Below the pieces are notes generated by a model. That model did not search any database and was not told where the DNA came from. It saw nothing but the letters and a program-made list of their open reading frames with translations. DNA of 64,000 bases from an uncultured Bacilli bacterium (GTDB taxonomy: Bacteria; Bacillota_I; Bacilli_A; RF39; UBA660): positions 16,401 through 80,400 of the forward strand of contig CANQZD010000001.1 of NCBI GenBank assembly GCA_947628275.1. Direction: 5' to 3'. Shown here one piece after another: positions 10,261 to 19,654 of the stretch. The translations under genes were made by a program, and so were the position numbers. Position 1 is the first letter of the stretch. Every line of letters begins with the position of its first letter.

Positions 10261-10880
10261 TTAGTGTTTTAATAAGGAATGAAAAGCAATATAATATTAT
10301 TAAGAATTATGAGTTAGATTGTATTTATACTGATAATTTAATTTTAGCTTTGAAGTACGATTTATATTATGAAACACCAAGAGTTTATACGAAATTAGAT
10401 AATTTACCGAATAAATTATTAATTAATGATACGGGTTTATTAAAAATTCATCATAAAGAAATTGTGACGAATTATTCTTTTAATGTAGCTAATAGAAAAA
10501 CTATTGAATTATTAATGAAGTATCAGGTTAAGAAAATTACTTTATCAGTTGAAATGACTTTAGATGAATTAGCGTTTTTAGATTGTCAAAAGTATCCTTT
10601 GGAAGTTATTTTGTATGGAAAAATTATGGTTATGTTGTTAAAAAGTCATCCGTTAATTAAAGATAATGATTATAAATTAGTTAATGGTAATCAAAAATTT
10701 GAGATGAGACTTGATGAAGATAAACATGTTAAAATATATCATTTTGAACCAATTAATCTAATTGATAAAGTTGTATCTTATCAAAAATTGGGTATTAAGT
10801 ATTTTCGGGTTGATTTTCTAAATGAAAGTGAAGAAGAAATTAAAAATATTATGGATAGATTAGTGAAGAATAAGATTTAG
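10257..10880 (+). CDS. Peptidase U32 family protein, short paralog (YrrN-like)
   Basis: A second gene in tandem, as in the Bacillus yrrN/yrrO pair. Confidence 0.5.
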   Translation: MISVLIRNEKQYNIIKNYELDCIYTDNLILALKYDLYYETPRVYTKLDNLPNKLLINDTGLLKIHHKEIVTNYSFNVANRKTIELLMKYQVKKITLSVEMTLDELAFLDCQKYPLEVILYGKIMVMLLKSHPLIKDNDYKLVNGNQKFEMRLDEDKHVKIYHFEPINLIDKVVSYQKLGIKYFRVDFLNESEEEIKNIMDRLVKNKI

Positions 10881-10943
10881 CTTTACAATTCTTAATTTCA
10901 TTTGCTATAATACATATAGTTTTGAGTGAGGAGGGAATTTAAG

Positions 10944-11117
10944 ATGGCAAAAAATGAAAATAGACAATTTTTAGGATTAAAATGTTCTCGTTGTGGGAAA
11001 CAAATTCGCCCGACAATAAAAAATAAAAAAAATACTCCAGATAAATTAGAAATTAAAAAGTATTGTCCAAATTGTAAAAGCGTTGTTGTTTTTAAAGAAA
11101 CTAAATTAGGAAAATAA
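10944..11117 (+). CDS. rpmG: 50S ribosomal protein L33
   Basis: A CxxC...CxxC zinc ribbon in 'CSRCGK...KNKKNTPDKLEIKKYCPNCKSVV..KETK'. The 'GAGGAGGG' RBS lies 8 nt before ATG 10944, so the track ORF starts too early. Confidence 0.85.
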   Translation: MAKNENRQFLGLKCSRCGKQIRPTIKNKKNTPDKLEIKKYCPNCKSVVVFKETKLGK

Positions 11118-11135
11118 TGAATAGGGGGATAAAGT

Positions 11136-11696
11136 ATGAATATTAATATTAATGATATTAAAAATGGAATGACAATTATTATTGATGGTAATCTTTGTCA
11201 AATTATGGAATTTCAACATGTTAAACCTGGTAAAGGTAGTGCTTTTGTTAGAATTAAGTTAAAAAATTTAAGAACGGGAGCAGTTGTTGAAAATTCTTAT
11301 AATACTAATATAAAGATTGAAAGAGCAAGAGTAGAACATAATCCAATGCAATTTTTGTATAGTGATGGAGCTAATTATGTCTTTATGAATACAGAAAGTT
11401 ATGATCAAATAGAAGTACCAGAAAGTAAATTAGAAAATGAAAAGAGATTTTTAAAAGAAGGTTTGGAAATTCAATTAGATTATTATGAAGGGGAATTACT
11501 TGGGGTAACACTTCCTGAAAAAATTGAATTTGAAGTAATTGAAACAGAACCAGCTGTAAAAGGTAATACAGCTAATAATGCTATGAAAGATGCTAAAATA
11601 GAGACTGGTTATACTGTTAAAGTTCCATTATTTATTAATCAAGGTGAAAAAATTATTATTTCAACTAGTGATGGTAAGTATTCATCACGAGCTTAA
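11136..11696 (+). CDS. efp: Elongation factor P
   Basis: '...HVKPGKGSAFVRIKLKNLRTG...' matches the EF-P KOW/OB fold, and the 186-aa size fits. Confidence 0.9.
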   Translation: MNININDIKNGMTIIIDGNLCQIMEFQHVKPGKGSAFVRIKLKNLRTGAVVENSYNTNIKIERARVEHNPMQFLYSDGANYVFMNTESYDQIEVPESKLENEKRFLKEGLEIQLDYYEGELLGVTLPEKIEFEVIETEPAVKGNTANNAMKDAKIETGYTVKVPLFINQGEKIIISTSDGKYSSRA

Positions 11697-11746
11697 AAAA
11701 ATTAATTAAAAAAGATTATAAAGAATAAGATTTAATAGGTGATAAT

Positions 11747-12544
11747 ATGGCCTATCTTATTCTTTTTTTTAAGGGTTTTATTATTGGAATAGGAAAAATT
11801 ATTCCGGGAGTATCAGGTTCTATTTTGGCAGTTGGATTGGGAGTTTATGAAAAGGCATTAGATTATTTGGTAAATTGGAAAGAAAAGAAGCAAGAAAGTT
11901 TGAAATTTTTAGTTCCTCTTGGTTTAGGGGTTGCTTTGGCAATTGTTGTATTTAGTAAAATTATTTTAGTTTTTTTAAATATTTATCCGTTGTTAACTTT
12001 GAGTCTTTTTTGGGGCTTACTTTTGGGAACTTCTTTTAAAGTGGTAAAAAAAATGCAATTAACTTTTAAAGATTATATAATTATTTTTAGTTTAGCAGGG
12101 CTTTTTTTATTCTTAACTAAAAATATTTCTTTACCAAATTTTGTGATTAAAATGAATATTGATTATTTATGGGTGATTATTTTGGGAGTTTTAGATGCTA
12201 TTTCAATGATTATTCCCGGTTTAAGTGGAACAGCATTATATGTTATGTTAGGTAGTTATCCATTTGTTTTAAATTTACTTAGTAATCCTTTAGAAAATAT
12301 TTGGGCTAGTTGTTGTTTTGCCTTTGGCTTTGTTTTGGCTTTTTTTCTTATAGCTAAATTGCTTAATTATTTATTTCAAAATTATTTTAAAGTATCATGG
12401 TTAGTTATTGCGGGTTTTATTATTTATTCGTTAGGTATGTTTTGGTTAAATATTCCTTTTGAGGAAAGTTTTTCAGCAATATTACTGACAATTGGTTTTA
12501 TTTTATTGGGGTTTTTAGTAGTATTATGGGCTCCTTTAGAATAA
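11747..12544 (+). CDS. Polytopic membrane protein with an internal duplication ('IPGVSGS'/'IPGLSGT'), possibly DUF368/PopT-like
   Basis: It has 8 or more TM segments and a duplicated Gly/Ser-rich motif. The family assignment is tentative. Confidence 0.3.
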   Translation: MAYLILFFKGFIIGIGKIIPGVSGSILAVGLGVYEKALDYLVNWKEKKQESLKFLVPLGLGVALAIVVFSKIILVFLNIYPLLTLSLFWGLLLGTSFKVVKKMQLTFKDYIIIFSLAGLFLFLTKNISLPNFVIKMNIDYLWVIILGVLDAISMIIPGLSGTALYVMLGSYPFVLNLLSNPLENIWASCCFAFGFVLAFFLIAKLLNYLFQNYFKVSWLVIAGFIIYSLGMFWLNIPFEESFSAILLTIGFILLGFLVVLWAPLE

Positions 12545-12547
12545 AAC

Positions 12548-12598
12548 TTGCATTTTAGCATATTTTGTATTATAATCTATTTGTGCTATCACAAATAG
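12548..12598 (+). promoter_or_regulatory. Sigma-A promoter (TTGCAT-17-TATAAT) with a perfect inverted-repeat operator CTATTTGTG-ctat-CACAAATAG at +1
   Basis: The -35 is at 12548-12553, the -10 at 12571-12576 and the palindrome at 12577-12598. It sits immediately upstream of the GntR gene. Confidence 0.6.
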
Positions 12599-12623
12599 TA
12601 CAAATTGAATTGGGGTGTTTTAA

Positions 12624-12983
12624 GTGATTACATTAGATGAACAAAGCAGAATACCAATATATGAGCAGATTATAAATGAAGTAAAAAGAAATGTCTTGGA
12701 AGGTTTTTTAAAACCAAAAGATCAAATTCCTAGTATAAGAGAATTAGCAACGACGTTAGGGATTAATCCTAATACAGTAAAAAAAAGTTATACAGCTTTA
12801 GAAAATCAAAAAATTATTCAAAGTAAAAGTACAAAAGGAACCTTTATTACTGCTAAGATTGATCAAATTTTGCACGAGACAGTAGAAACGTGTTATAATA
12901 AGATAGATGCTGAAATAGAAACGTTGGAAAATTTAGGAATTTCCAAAAATGATATTTTAGAAAGAATTAAAGTAGGTGATTAA
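12624..12983 (+). CDS. GntR-family transcriptional regulator, short YtrA-like (winged HTH only)
   Basis: 'IPSIRELATTLGINPNTVKKSY' is a GntR HTH. The protein is 119 aa and has no effector domain. Confidence 0.8.
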   Translation: MITLDEQSRIPIYEQIINEVKRNVLEGFLKPKDQIPSIRELATTLGINPNTVKKSYTALENQKIIQSKSTKGTFITAKIDQILHETVETCYNKIDAEIETLENLGISKNDILERIKVGD

Positions 12984-14208
12984 AATGGTTATGTTATACT
13001 ATATATGCTTTGCTATAACCTTTATATATGGAATGTATTTTGCAATAACAGGTTTATTTGGTTTTAAAAATTATCATAAAAGTATGTTTGGACGTCATAA
13101 GCCAAAACATAAATTTGGGATAGTTATTGCTTGTCGTAATGAGGAAAAAGTTATAACTGCCTTAATTAAAAGTTTACAAAAACAAAGATACCCAAGTCGT
13201 TTATTTGAAATATTTGTTGTGCCTAATAATTGTACAGATAATACAGAGATGGTTGCAAAAGAAGCAGGAGCAACAATTATTCATTGTAATGTGCCAGTTA
13301 AACAAAAAGGTGACGCTTTAGAAGATACATTTAAAAAATTAGTTAAAAGAGATGATTTAGATGCTTTTGTCGTTTTTGATGCTGACAATTTAGTTCATCC
13401 TGATTTTTTAGCTAGAATGAATGATGCTTTATGTGAAGGAGTAGAAGTTGCTCAATGTTTTAGGGACGCTAAAAACATGGGTGATAACTGGTTAACCGGT
13501 TCTTATACTTTATTCTATTTTATTCAAAATTTCTTTTTCAATCGAGCAAGAATGAATTATTCTGGTTCAGCGGCTATTAACGGAACAGGATTTATGGTTA
13601 AGAAAAATGTAGTAGCTAATGGTTTTCATACAAGAACTATTACAGAAGACTCTGAGTTTACTGGTCAATGTGCTTTAAGAGGAATTCAGGTTGCTTTTGT
13701 CGAAGAAGCTATTACTTATGATGAACATCCTCAAAGTTTCTGGGCAAGTTGGAAACAACGGAAACGTTGGACGAGTGGAACATATAGTTGTTTAAAAATT
13801 TATGGTTTAGAATTGTTAAAACAATTCTTTAAGACAGGACGTATTGCTTGCTTTGATATGTTTATAATGTATTTATCACCGATTATGGTTATTGTAGGCT
13901 TTTTACTATCAGTTGTATTAATGATATTTAGTATCTGTGGTATTGAGTTGTTTGATTTCTTCTCATATTTATATGCTTCAGGATTATTATTCTTTGTAGT
14001 ATTTTATATTATAAATGTTGCAATGAATGTGTTTGTTGTTAAATATAATCGTAAAAGTCCTAAAAATATTTTATCAGGAATTATTTTCTTCTCATTATTC
14101 TTAGCAACATGGATACCTATTAATATTATTTGTTTATTTAAGAAAACAGATAATTGGGAACAAATTAAACATGATCGGGATGTTGATTTAGATAAGTTAT
14201 TAGGATAA
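12976..14208 (+). CDS. Membrane-embedded family-2 processive beta-glycosyltransferase (IcaA/PgaC/cellulose-synthase-like)
   Basis: GT-A motifs 'FVVFDADN', 'TED' and 'QRKRW' (the QxxRW motif), with flanking TM helices. It overlaps the GntR gene by 8 nt. Confidence 0.7.
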   Translation: MIKMVMLYYICFAITFIYGMYFAITGLFGFKNYHKSMFGRHKPKHKFGIVIACRNEEKVITALIKSLQKQRYPSRLFEIFVVPNNCTDNTEMVAKEAGATIIHCNVPVKQKGDALEDTFKKLVKRDDLDAFVVFDADNLVHPDFLARMNDALCEGVEVAQCFRDAKNMGDNWLTGSYTLFYFIQNFFFNRARMNYSGSAAINGTGFMVKKNVVANGFHTRTITEDSEFTGQCALRGIQVAFVEEAITYDEHPQSFWASWKQRKRWTSGTYSCLKIYGLELLKQFFKTGRIACFDMFIMYLSPIMVIVGFLLSVVLMIFSICGIELFDFFSYLYASGLLFFVVFYIINVAMNVFVVKYNRKSPKNILSGIIFFSLFLATWIPINIICLFKKTDNWEQIKHDRDVDLDKLLG

Positions 14209-14290
14209 GCCATATATTGGCTTATTTTTTGTTGACAAATACCTGTAATAGTGGTAAAGTATTAGTCAATTCGAAGGGGGTTGTTTTGTT

Positions 14291-16708
14291 ATGAAAACAA
14301 TTAAAGCGAAAGTATTAGAATTATATAAGGAAATTAGTGATGAAGAAGCTAAACCTTTTGCTAACCGAAAATTTCGTAAAGAAATATTAGGGGGAAGTTT
14401 AGTTATTAATTACGTTCGGAAAACTAATAATCAAGTTGTTTTAAAAATTTATAAGACAGAGGGTAAAAGAGGCTCTGAAGTTATTATAAATGGTGATAGT
14501 TATTTTGTTAAAATGCTTCAAAATATTATGGTTATTTATAATGAATATGGTCGAGCTGTTTCAATTACTTATTCTGATGGTTATGAATGGATTGGAGAAA
14601 GTTTTGTAAGCGAACAAGCAATTATTGAAGAAGACCATCTTAGAAAAGAATATAATGATTTTGTTTTAGCATACAAAAAATCTCGTGATATAAAGGCTTT
14701 ATATAGTAAGTGTATTGATGTTATAAAATTATTAGATAATACAACTTGTATATGTGATACATATGATATGATAAGTAATTTAGTTAAAGCAAGAAATTAT
14801 TTATATCATTGTCTACATGATAATATGGATGATTATTTTTCCCAAAAGTTAAACGTGGTAAAAAATTTAAATGAGTCATTAAATCATTATAATAATCAAG
14901 AAAGTGAAGTTGCTGATGCTTTAGATAAATTAACTGATTATCAAAAATTAGTTAAAAAATTTGAAGATAAATATGGAGATAAATTAGCTTATGATGATCC
15001 AATTTTAAAAGCCATTAGAGAAATGAATATACATATTGATAAAATTGGAAAAATGACAAGAATTAGTCAAAATGATTGGGATTTATTAGAATATTATCAT
15101 GATGAAATTGAAAGATTAATTAATGAACGAAAAGATATTTCAACTGATTTAGTGCCTCCAAATAAAAATTTTGAAGTTAATGTTGAAATGGTTGATTTAA
15201 ATGCTGATAAGAGTTTAGATAAAAATAATAATCAAAAAAGTAATAAATTATTTAAGAAATTAACTGTTAGAGAAAAATCTGATTATTTAACTTTTAAATC
15301 ATTCCAAGATTATGTATCATTAAATGGTCTAGCAAGTGCATCAGTTAATAAGACTAAAAAGCATTTAGAGAAATTTAATAAAAGTCAAAAAGCTTATGAA
15401 AAGTTAATTGCAGTTGATAAGGATAATGAAATTAGTGAGATAAGCTATAATGTATATGACGCGATTAAAGATGCAAAAGAATCATTAGAAAAGACAGAAA
15501 TTAGAACTGAAAAAAATAGTAAAGAATCTTTTCATGATGTTTTAAGAAATAATTATGATCAAAGCGTTTATTTAAAAAGACAAAAAGAATTAAAAAAATC
15601 AGCTAGTAGTGTTGCAAAAGTAAGAGATATTATAAATGAAATATCTGATAGAAACTTTGAAAAAATGAAAAAAAATTATTTAAAAGTTAAAAAAAGAATA
15701 ATAGCTTTAGGGGCAGGAATTTTTGCAGGAGTTTTAGCTATGACTTCAGCTGGAGTTGGAGCTTATAAAACTTATCAAAATAATTTAAAACAAAATTCAT
15801 TGATTTATGAAAATGATGATATGGCAGTTTATGGTGATGAAGATAATCTTATTGTGGGAGTATCAGATGTATATAGAGGTCCTGAAGCTTACTTAGAAGG
15901 TATAGGGGCAAGACAACATAAAGAATCAGTTAAATATGAAGATTTATTAGTAGGAATCGGTGCTGATATTAAATTACCAGTTGAAACAGAGGCTGAAACT
16001 GAAAATATTGTTGAAACAGAAGCTGAAACTGAAAATATTGTTGAGACAGAGGTTGAAACTGAAAATATTGTTGAGACAGAAACTGAAACCGAAAGTATTG
16101 TTGAAACAGAAACTGAAACTGAAAATATTATTGAAACAGAAACTGAAACCGAAAGTATTGTTGAGACAGAAGTTGAAACTGAAAATGTTGTTGAAACAGA
16201 AGCTGAAACCGAAAATGTAGTTGAGAGTGAAGCTGAAAGTATAAAAGGTATTGTAGTTGATGAACTAAATGAAACAGTAGATACTAATGAAAATTTAAAG
16301 GCTATAGAGGATGAAAAGAATTTATTAGAAACTTATAAGAGTGAATTACAAAATATTGAAAATATGTTACCTCAAAGTGATGTTAATATTTATAATGTTA
16401 GAAGTATTGGCGATGTTGTTAATGTATCAGCAGATGCTAATTTACAAAATGATGAATATTCTTTGATTTTAAATAGTGAAGGTCATCATTCAATTTATGA
16501 AGATAATTTACCAAGAGTTATAGGCTCAGTTATTATGAGTAATGGTGTTAGTGGTATTACTGCTAAAAATATGGCTGATGTTCAAACGTTATTAGAGCAA
16601 GGTTATTATGTAGCTGGTTATGGTTTATTAAATCCATATTCTAAAGACTCTAGTAATTTAGAAGGCTTTTATGAAGCTGATGATGTTGTTGGTTTAGTGA
16701 GAAAATAG
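14291..16708 (+). CDS. Large hypothetical membrane protein with a coiled-coil N-terminal domain, one TM segment and an acidic C-terminal region of decapeptide repeats
   Basis: The 'AAGGGGG' RBS, a TM segment 'IIALGAGIFAGVLAMTSAGVGAY' and about 8.5 (ETEAETENIV) repeats. Confidence 0.6.
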   Translation: MKTIKAKVLELYKEISDEEAKPFANRKFRKEILGGSLVINYVRKTNNQVVLKIYKTEGKRGSEVIINGDSYFVKMLQNIMVIYNEYGRAVSITYSDGYEWIGESFVSEQAIIEEDHLRKEYNDFVLAYKKSRDIKALYSKCIDVIKLLDNTTCICDTYDMISNLVKARNYLYHCLHDNMDDYFSQKLNVVKNLNESLNHYNNQESEVADALDKLTDYQKLVKKFEDKYGDKLAYDDPILKAIREMNIHIDKIGKMTRISQNDWDLLEYYHDEIERLINERKDISTDLVPPNKNFEVNVEMVDLNADKSLDKNNNQKSNKLFKKLTVREKSDYLTFKSFQDYVSLNGLASASVNKTKKHLEKFNKSQKAYEKLIAVDKDNEISEISYNVYDAIKDAKESLEKTEIRTEKNSKESFHDVLRNNYDQSVYLKRQKELKKSASSVAKVRDIINEISDRNFEKMKKNYLKVKKRIIALGAGIFAGVLAMTSAGVGAYKTYQNNLKQNSLIYENDDMAVYGDEDNLIVGVSDVYRGPEAYLEGIGARQHKESVKYEDLLVGIGADIKLPVETEAETENIVETEAETENIVETEVETENIVETETETESIVETETETENIIETETETESIVETEVETENVVETEAETENVVESEAESIKGIVVDELNETVDTNENLKAIEDEKNLLETYKSELQNIENMLPQSDVNIYNVRSIGDVVNVSADANLQNDEYSLILNSEGHHSIYEDNLPRVIGSVIMSNGVSGITAKNMADVQTLLEQGYYVAGYGLLNPYSKDSSNLEGFYEADDVVGLVRK
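15981..16235 (+). repeat. About 8.5 copies of a 30-bp near-perfect tandem repeat (gttgaaacagaRgctgaaactgaaaatatt), in-frame within the CDS
   Basis: Direct reading shows the units differ by only 1-3 nt. Confidence 0.9.
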
Positions 16709-16760
16709 AATTTATATTCTATTTTTTTGTTTCAATAAAAAAGAAACCGGTTAAGGTTTC
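16705..16760. terminator. Convergent pair of rho-independent terminators
   Basis: 'ATAGAATttaTATTCTAT' followed by T7 serves the + gene. 'GAAACCggttaaGGTTTC' preceded by A5 serves the - gene. Confidence 0.6.
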
Positions 16761-16787
16761 AATAAAGAATAAGGAATGGAGTTCATT

Positions 16788-17582
16788 TTAATCTAATTTT
16801 TTGACGGATAATGTGGCATATTTTATGGAGCCATTTAGGTTATTGGCTTCGATGCCTAAATTTAAGACATCTTGATTGTTTAAGGTTGTTATAGTGCTAT
16901 TAGTTATTGTGGTATCAGTTGCTGGTTCTGTAGTGATACTTTGGATAGTTCCTGGTAATGGAGTATTGTTTTGAGTAACTAAAAGAGTTATTTCACCACC
17001 TTCGGTGATATTAGCAACTGCTTCATATTTTATTTCATATGTTCCTGGGGTTTCTATAGTTAAGGTATTACTAGTGTTAGTATTAGTAACATTTAATAAA
17101 GTCATTGGGGTGTTAACATCAATATTTGTAGGGGTATCTTCGGTAAGATTAGTTAAAACTTGAGGATTAGAGGTATATAGTCCTCCAAAAGCATTTAAAC
17201 CATTTGCTGGTCCGGTTGGGCCTTGAGGGATTTCTAAGTCTAATTGATATGTTCCTTCACCAGTATTAGTAAATGTTGCCATAGCTTCTTCATTACTACC
17301 AACGGTGGTTGCTTGGGCTGTTAATGTTGGAATTGGTCCAGTTGGACCTTGAGGAATAGTAAAATCTAGAATAACGTTTTCTAAAGTTCCGGAATTAGTA
17401 ACGGAAGCTGGAGTTCCCGGTAAGGCGGTTGTTGTCGTTCCTACAGTAATGGTGGCAGGTCCTTGAGGTCCAGTTGGTCCAGTTATTTGTCTTGTGCTAC
17501 AACAGCAACCTTGAATTAGGGAATTTTGTTGGGCTTTTTTAACATAATTATAAGCCCTCTGATAATCGCTATTACAATTCAT
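16788..17582 (-). CDS. Collagen-like GPTGP-repeat protein with a Cys-rich N-terminus, possibly a spore surface (BclA-like) protein
   Basis: 'CCCSTRQITGPTGPQGPA' plus three 'IPQGPTGP' units separated by Thr-rich beta segments. The C-terminal domain is Thr/Asn-rich. Confidence 0.45.
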   Translation of the reverse strand: MNCNSDYQRAYNYVKKAQQNSLIQGCCCSTRQITGPTGPQGPATITVGTTTTALPGTPASVTNSGTLENVILDFTIPQGPTGPIPTLTAQATTVGSNEEAMATFTNTGEGTYQLDLEIPQGPTGPANGLNAFGGLYTSNPQVLTNLTEDTPTNIDVNTPMTLLNVTNTNTSNTLTIETPGTYEIKYEAVANITEGGEITLLVTQNNTPLPGTIQSITTEPATDTTITNSTITTLNNQDVLNLGIEANNLNGSIKYATLSVKKLD

Positions 17583-17671
17583 CTTTCTTCTCCTTTCATA
17601 GATATTGTATCCATTTTAAGTTTTTTTGCTTGGATTTTTGTCACATTTTTTTGAAAATAGCATATTTTATG

Positions 17672-18559
17672 CTAAAATTTATAAAAGATTATTAATAATA
17701 TTATTGATATTATTGCTTGGATGAATCGGGCTTTGATAAATGGTTTTATTTTGAAATCATTTAAGATACTTTTAATTTGTAAGATGATGGATAAACCTCC
17801 AAAACTTATGAATAATATTGTATATAGTTTTTTTATTTCAATTGATAATAATGGATTATTTAGTTGATTTAAACCTTGACTTATTTCTAGAAGACCACTT
17901 ATAAGGGGATTGGTGGAGGGATTAATAATTGTATTAATAATGAAGAAAAAAGTTACTGTTCCTAGTATGGTTAATAAAGTATTCATACTTTTTTGAATAC
18001 TTGTTAAAAGAGTATTGATTAAAGTAGAAGTCCTTTTGGTTTGATTTATAACGGTATCGTTAAAAGTTTTTGGCCTTAAAATAATTCCTACTAAAATATT
18101 AGCTAGATAGGGTATTATAAAAAGTTTAATGGTAATAAGGGAATTGTTAAATATTTGATTTAACATATTTAAGTAAAATAGGGGACTGGTAAAGAAAGAA
18201 AAACTAAAAATATAATTTGCTTCTTCAATAGTGATTTTTTGGTCGAGGACTAAATTTTTTATAATATAAGCATTAGTTGGAGTTCCTGAAAAAAGAGAAG
18301 TGAAAAAAATAAAGGCTCCGTAAGGGTTAGTATGAAAAATTTTGGAGAAAATGTTTCCAAAAAGTTTAGTAAGTAATTCAGGTAATTCTAAATAAATTAA
18401 TAAATCGGTGATTATAAACATTGGAAAAAGTGAAGGAAAAATTTTATTAATAAAGAGATTACAGGCTTTTAAGATGCTGGTATTAATTTCATTTGGCATG
18501 ATAAAAAGTATTAATGTAAAAAACAAAATAATTAGTAAATAAATAATATTTTTTTGCAT
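17672..18559 (-). CDS. Polytopic membrane protein, possibly YlbJ-like sporulation integral membrane protein
   Basis: It has about 8 TM segments and is divergent from the YlbL-like gene, as in the Bacillus ylbJ/ylbL arrangement. Start taken at the internal ATG 18559 (track ORF begins 18598). Confidence 0.3.
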   Translation of the reverse strand: MQKNIIYLLIILFFTLILFIMPNEINTSILKACNLFINKIFPSLFPMFIITDLLIYLELPELLTKLFGNIFSKIFHTNPYGAFIFFTSLFSGTPTNAYIIKNLVLDQKITIEEANYIFSFSFFTSPLFYLNMLNQIFNNSLITIKLFIIPYLANILVGIILRPKTFNDTVINQTKRTSTLINTLLTSIQKSMNTLLTILGTVTFFFIINTIINPSTNPLISGLLEISQGLNQLNNPLLSIEIKKLYTILFISFGGLSIILQIKSILNDFKIKPFIKARFIQAIISIILLIIFYKF

Positions 18560-18601
18560 AGTAGTTTCCTTTTTTTGATATAATGATGTAGGAGGCATAA
18601 T

Positions 18602-19609
18602 ATGTTTAATAAAGCTTATGAAGAAATTAAAAGTTTTATCAAAGAAAATTATAAATTTTTAATATTTTGGATTTTATTATTGGCTTTTTTTTATATTGAA
18701 TTACCATATAAGGTATATCGACCAGGAGGAATGGTTGTATTAAATAACCGAATAGAAGTTGAAAATGGGTATGAAACAGAGGGAAGTCTTGGGATGGCTT
18801 ATGTTTCTGTTGTTAAAGGTAATTTACCTTTTTTGCTAGCATCTTATATTTTTCCTAATTGGGATATTGTTTCTAATAAAGAAGTTGTTAATGAAAATGA
18901 GACTTGGGAAGAAACAATTAAGAGTGATAAAATTGCAATGAAACAGTCAATTGATAATGCTATTATCAGTGCTTATCATTTAGCTAATAAGGAAATTAAT
19001 ATTACTAAAGAAGAAGGTCATGTAACTTATATTGATGATGAAGCTGATACGGATATTAAGTTATTTGATATTTTGGTAAGTGTTGAGGGGCAAAATATTT
19101 CTAAATTAGAAGAGTTAAGAGAAATAATTAAAACTCATCAAGTTGGAGATATTGTTAAAATGAAAGTTAATCGGGATGGAAAAGAAATTGAGGCATATGC
19201 TAAAGTTTATGATACGGAGCTTGGTCCTAAAATAGGTTTAGCAATAACAACTACTTATGAATATGATGAAGTGCCTAAGGTGGAAATTAAAACTAAGGAA
19301 AATGAATCAGGTCCTTCGGGAGGTTTGATGATGAGTTTAGCAATTTATAATAATTTAGTGCCAGAAGATATTTCTCATAATAAAAAAATCATTGGTACAG
19401 GAACAATTGATAATGAAGGAAATGTTGGTGAAATTGGTGGGGTTAAATATAAATTAATTGGGGCTGTTAAAAACCATTGTGATGTATTTTTATGTCCTAT
19501 GGGTAACTTAGAGGAAGCTTTGAAAGTTAAAGAAGAACAACATTTAGATATTGAAGTTATTGGAGTCAGTAGTTTGGAAGAAGCAATAAATCAATTAAAA
19601 AATGTATAA
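18602..19609 (+). CDS. SepM/YlbL-family protein (N-terminal TM, PDZ domain, Lon-like S16 protease domain)
   Basis: The catalytic serine region 'ESGPSGGLMMSLAIY' is S16-like, with a PDZ-like middle domain and an N-terminal TM segment. Confidence 0.6.
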   Translation: MFNKAYEEIKSFIKENYKFLIFWILLLAFFYIELPYKVYRPGGMVVLNNRIEVENGYETEGSLGMAYVSVVKGNLPFLLASYIFPNWDIVSNKEVVNENETWEETIKSDKIAMKQSIDNAIISAYHLANKEINITKEEGHVTYIDDEADTDIKLFDILVSVEGQNISKLEELREIIKTHQVGDIVKMKVNRDGKEIEAYAKVYDTELGPKIGLAITTTYEYDEVPKVEIKTKENESGPSGGLMMSLAIYNNLVPEDISHNKKIIGTGTIDNEGNVGEIGGVKYKLIGAVKNHCDVFLCPMGNLEEALKVKEEQHLDIEVIGVSSLEEAINQLKNV

Positions 19610-19654
19610 AATTAGGAATCTTTTCACAACAATAATGTGAAAGGATTTTTATTT

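Noticed and set aside
15960-16220. An 86-aa K/L-rich ORF (MLILNYQLKQRLKLK...)
   Set aside because: It is an alternative frame through the 30-bp tandem repeat inside the 805-aa CDS, so its periodicity is an artefact of the repeat.
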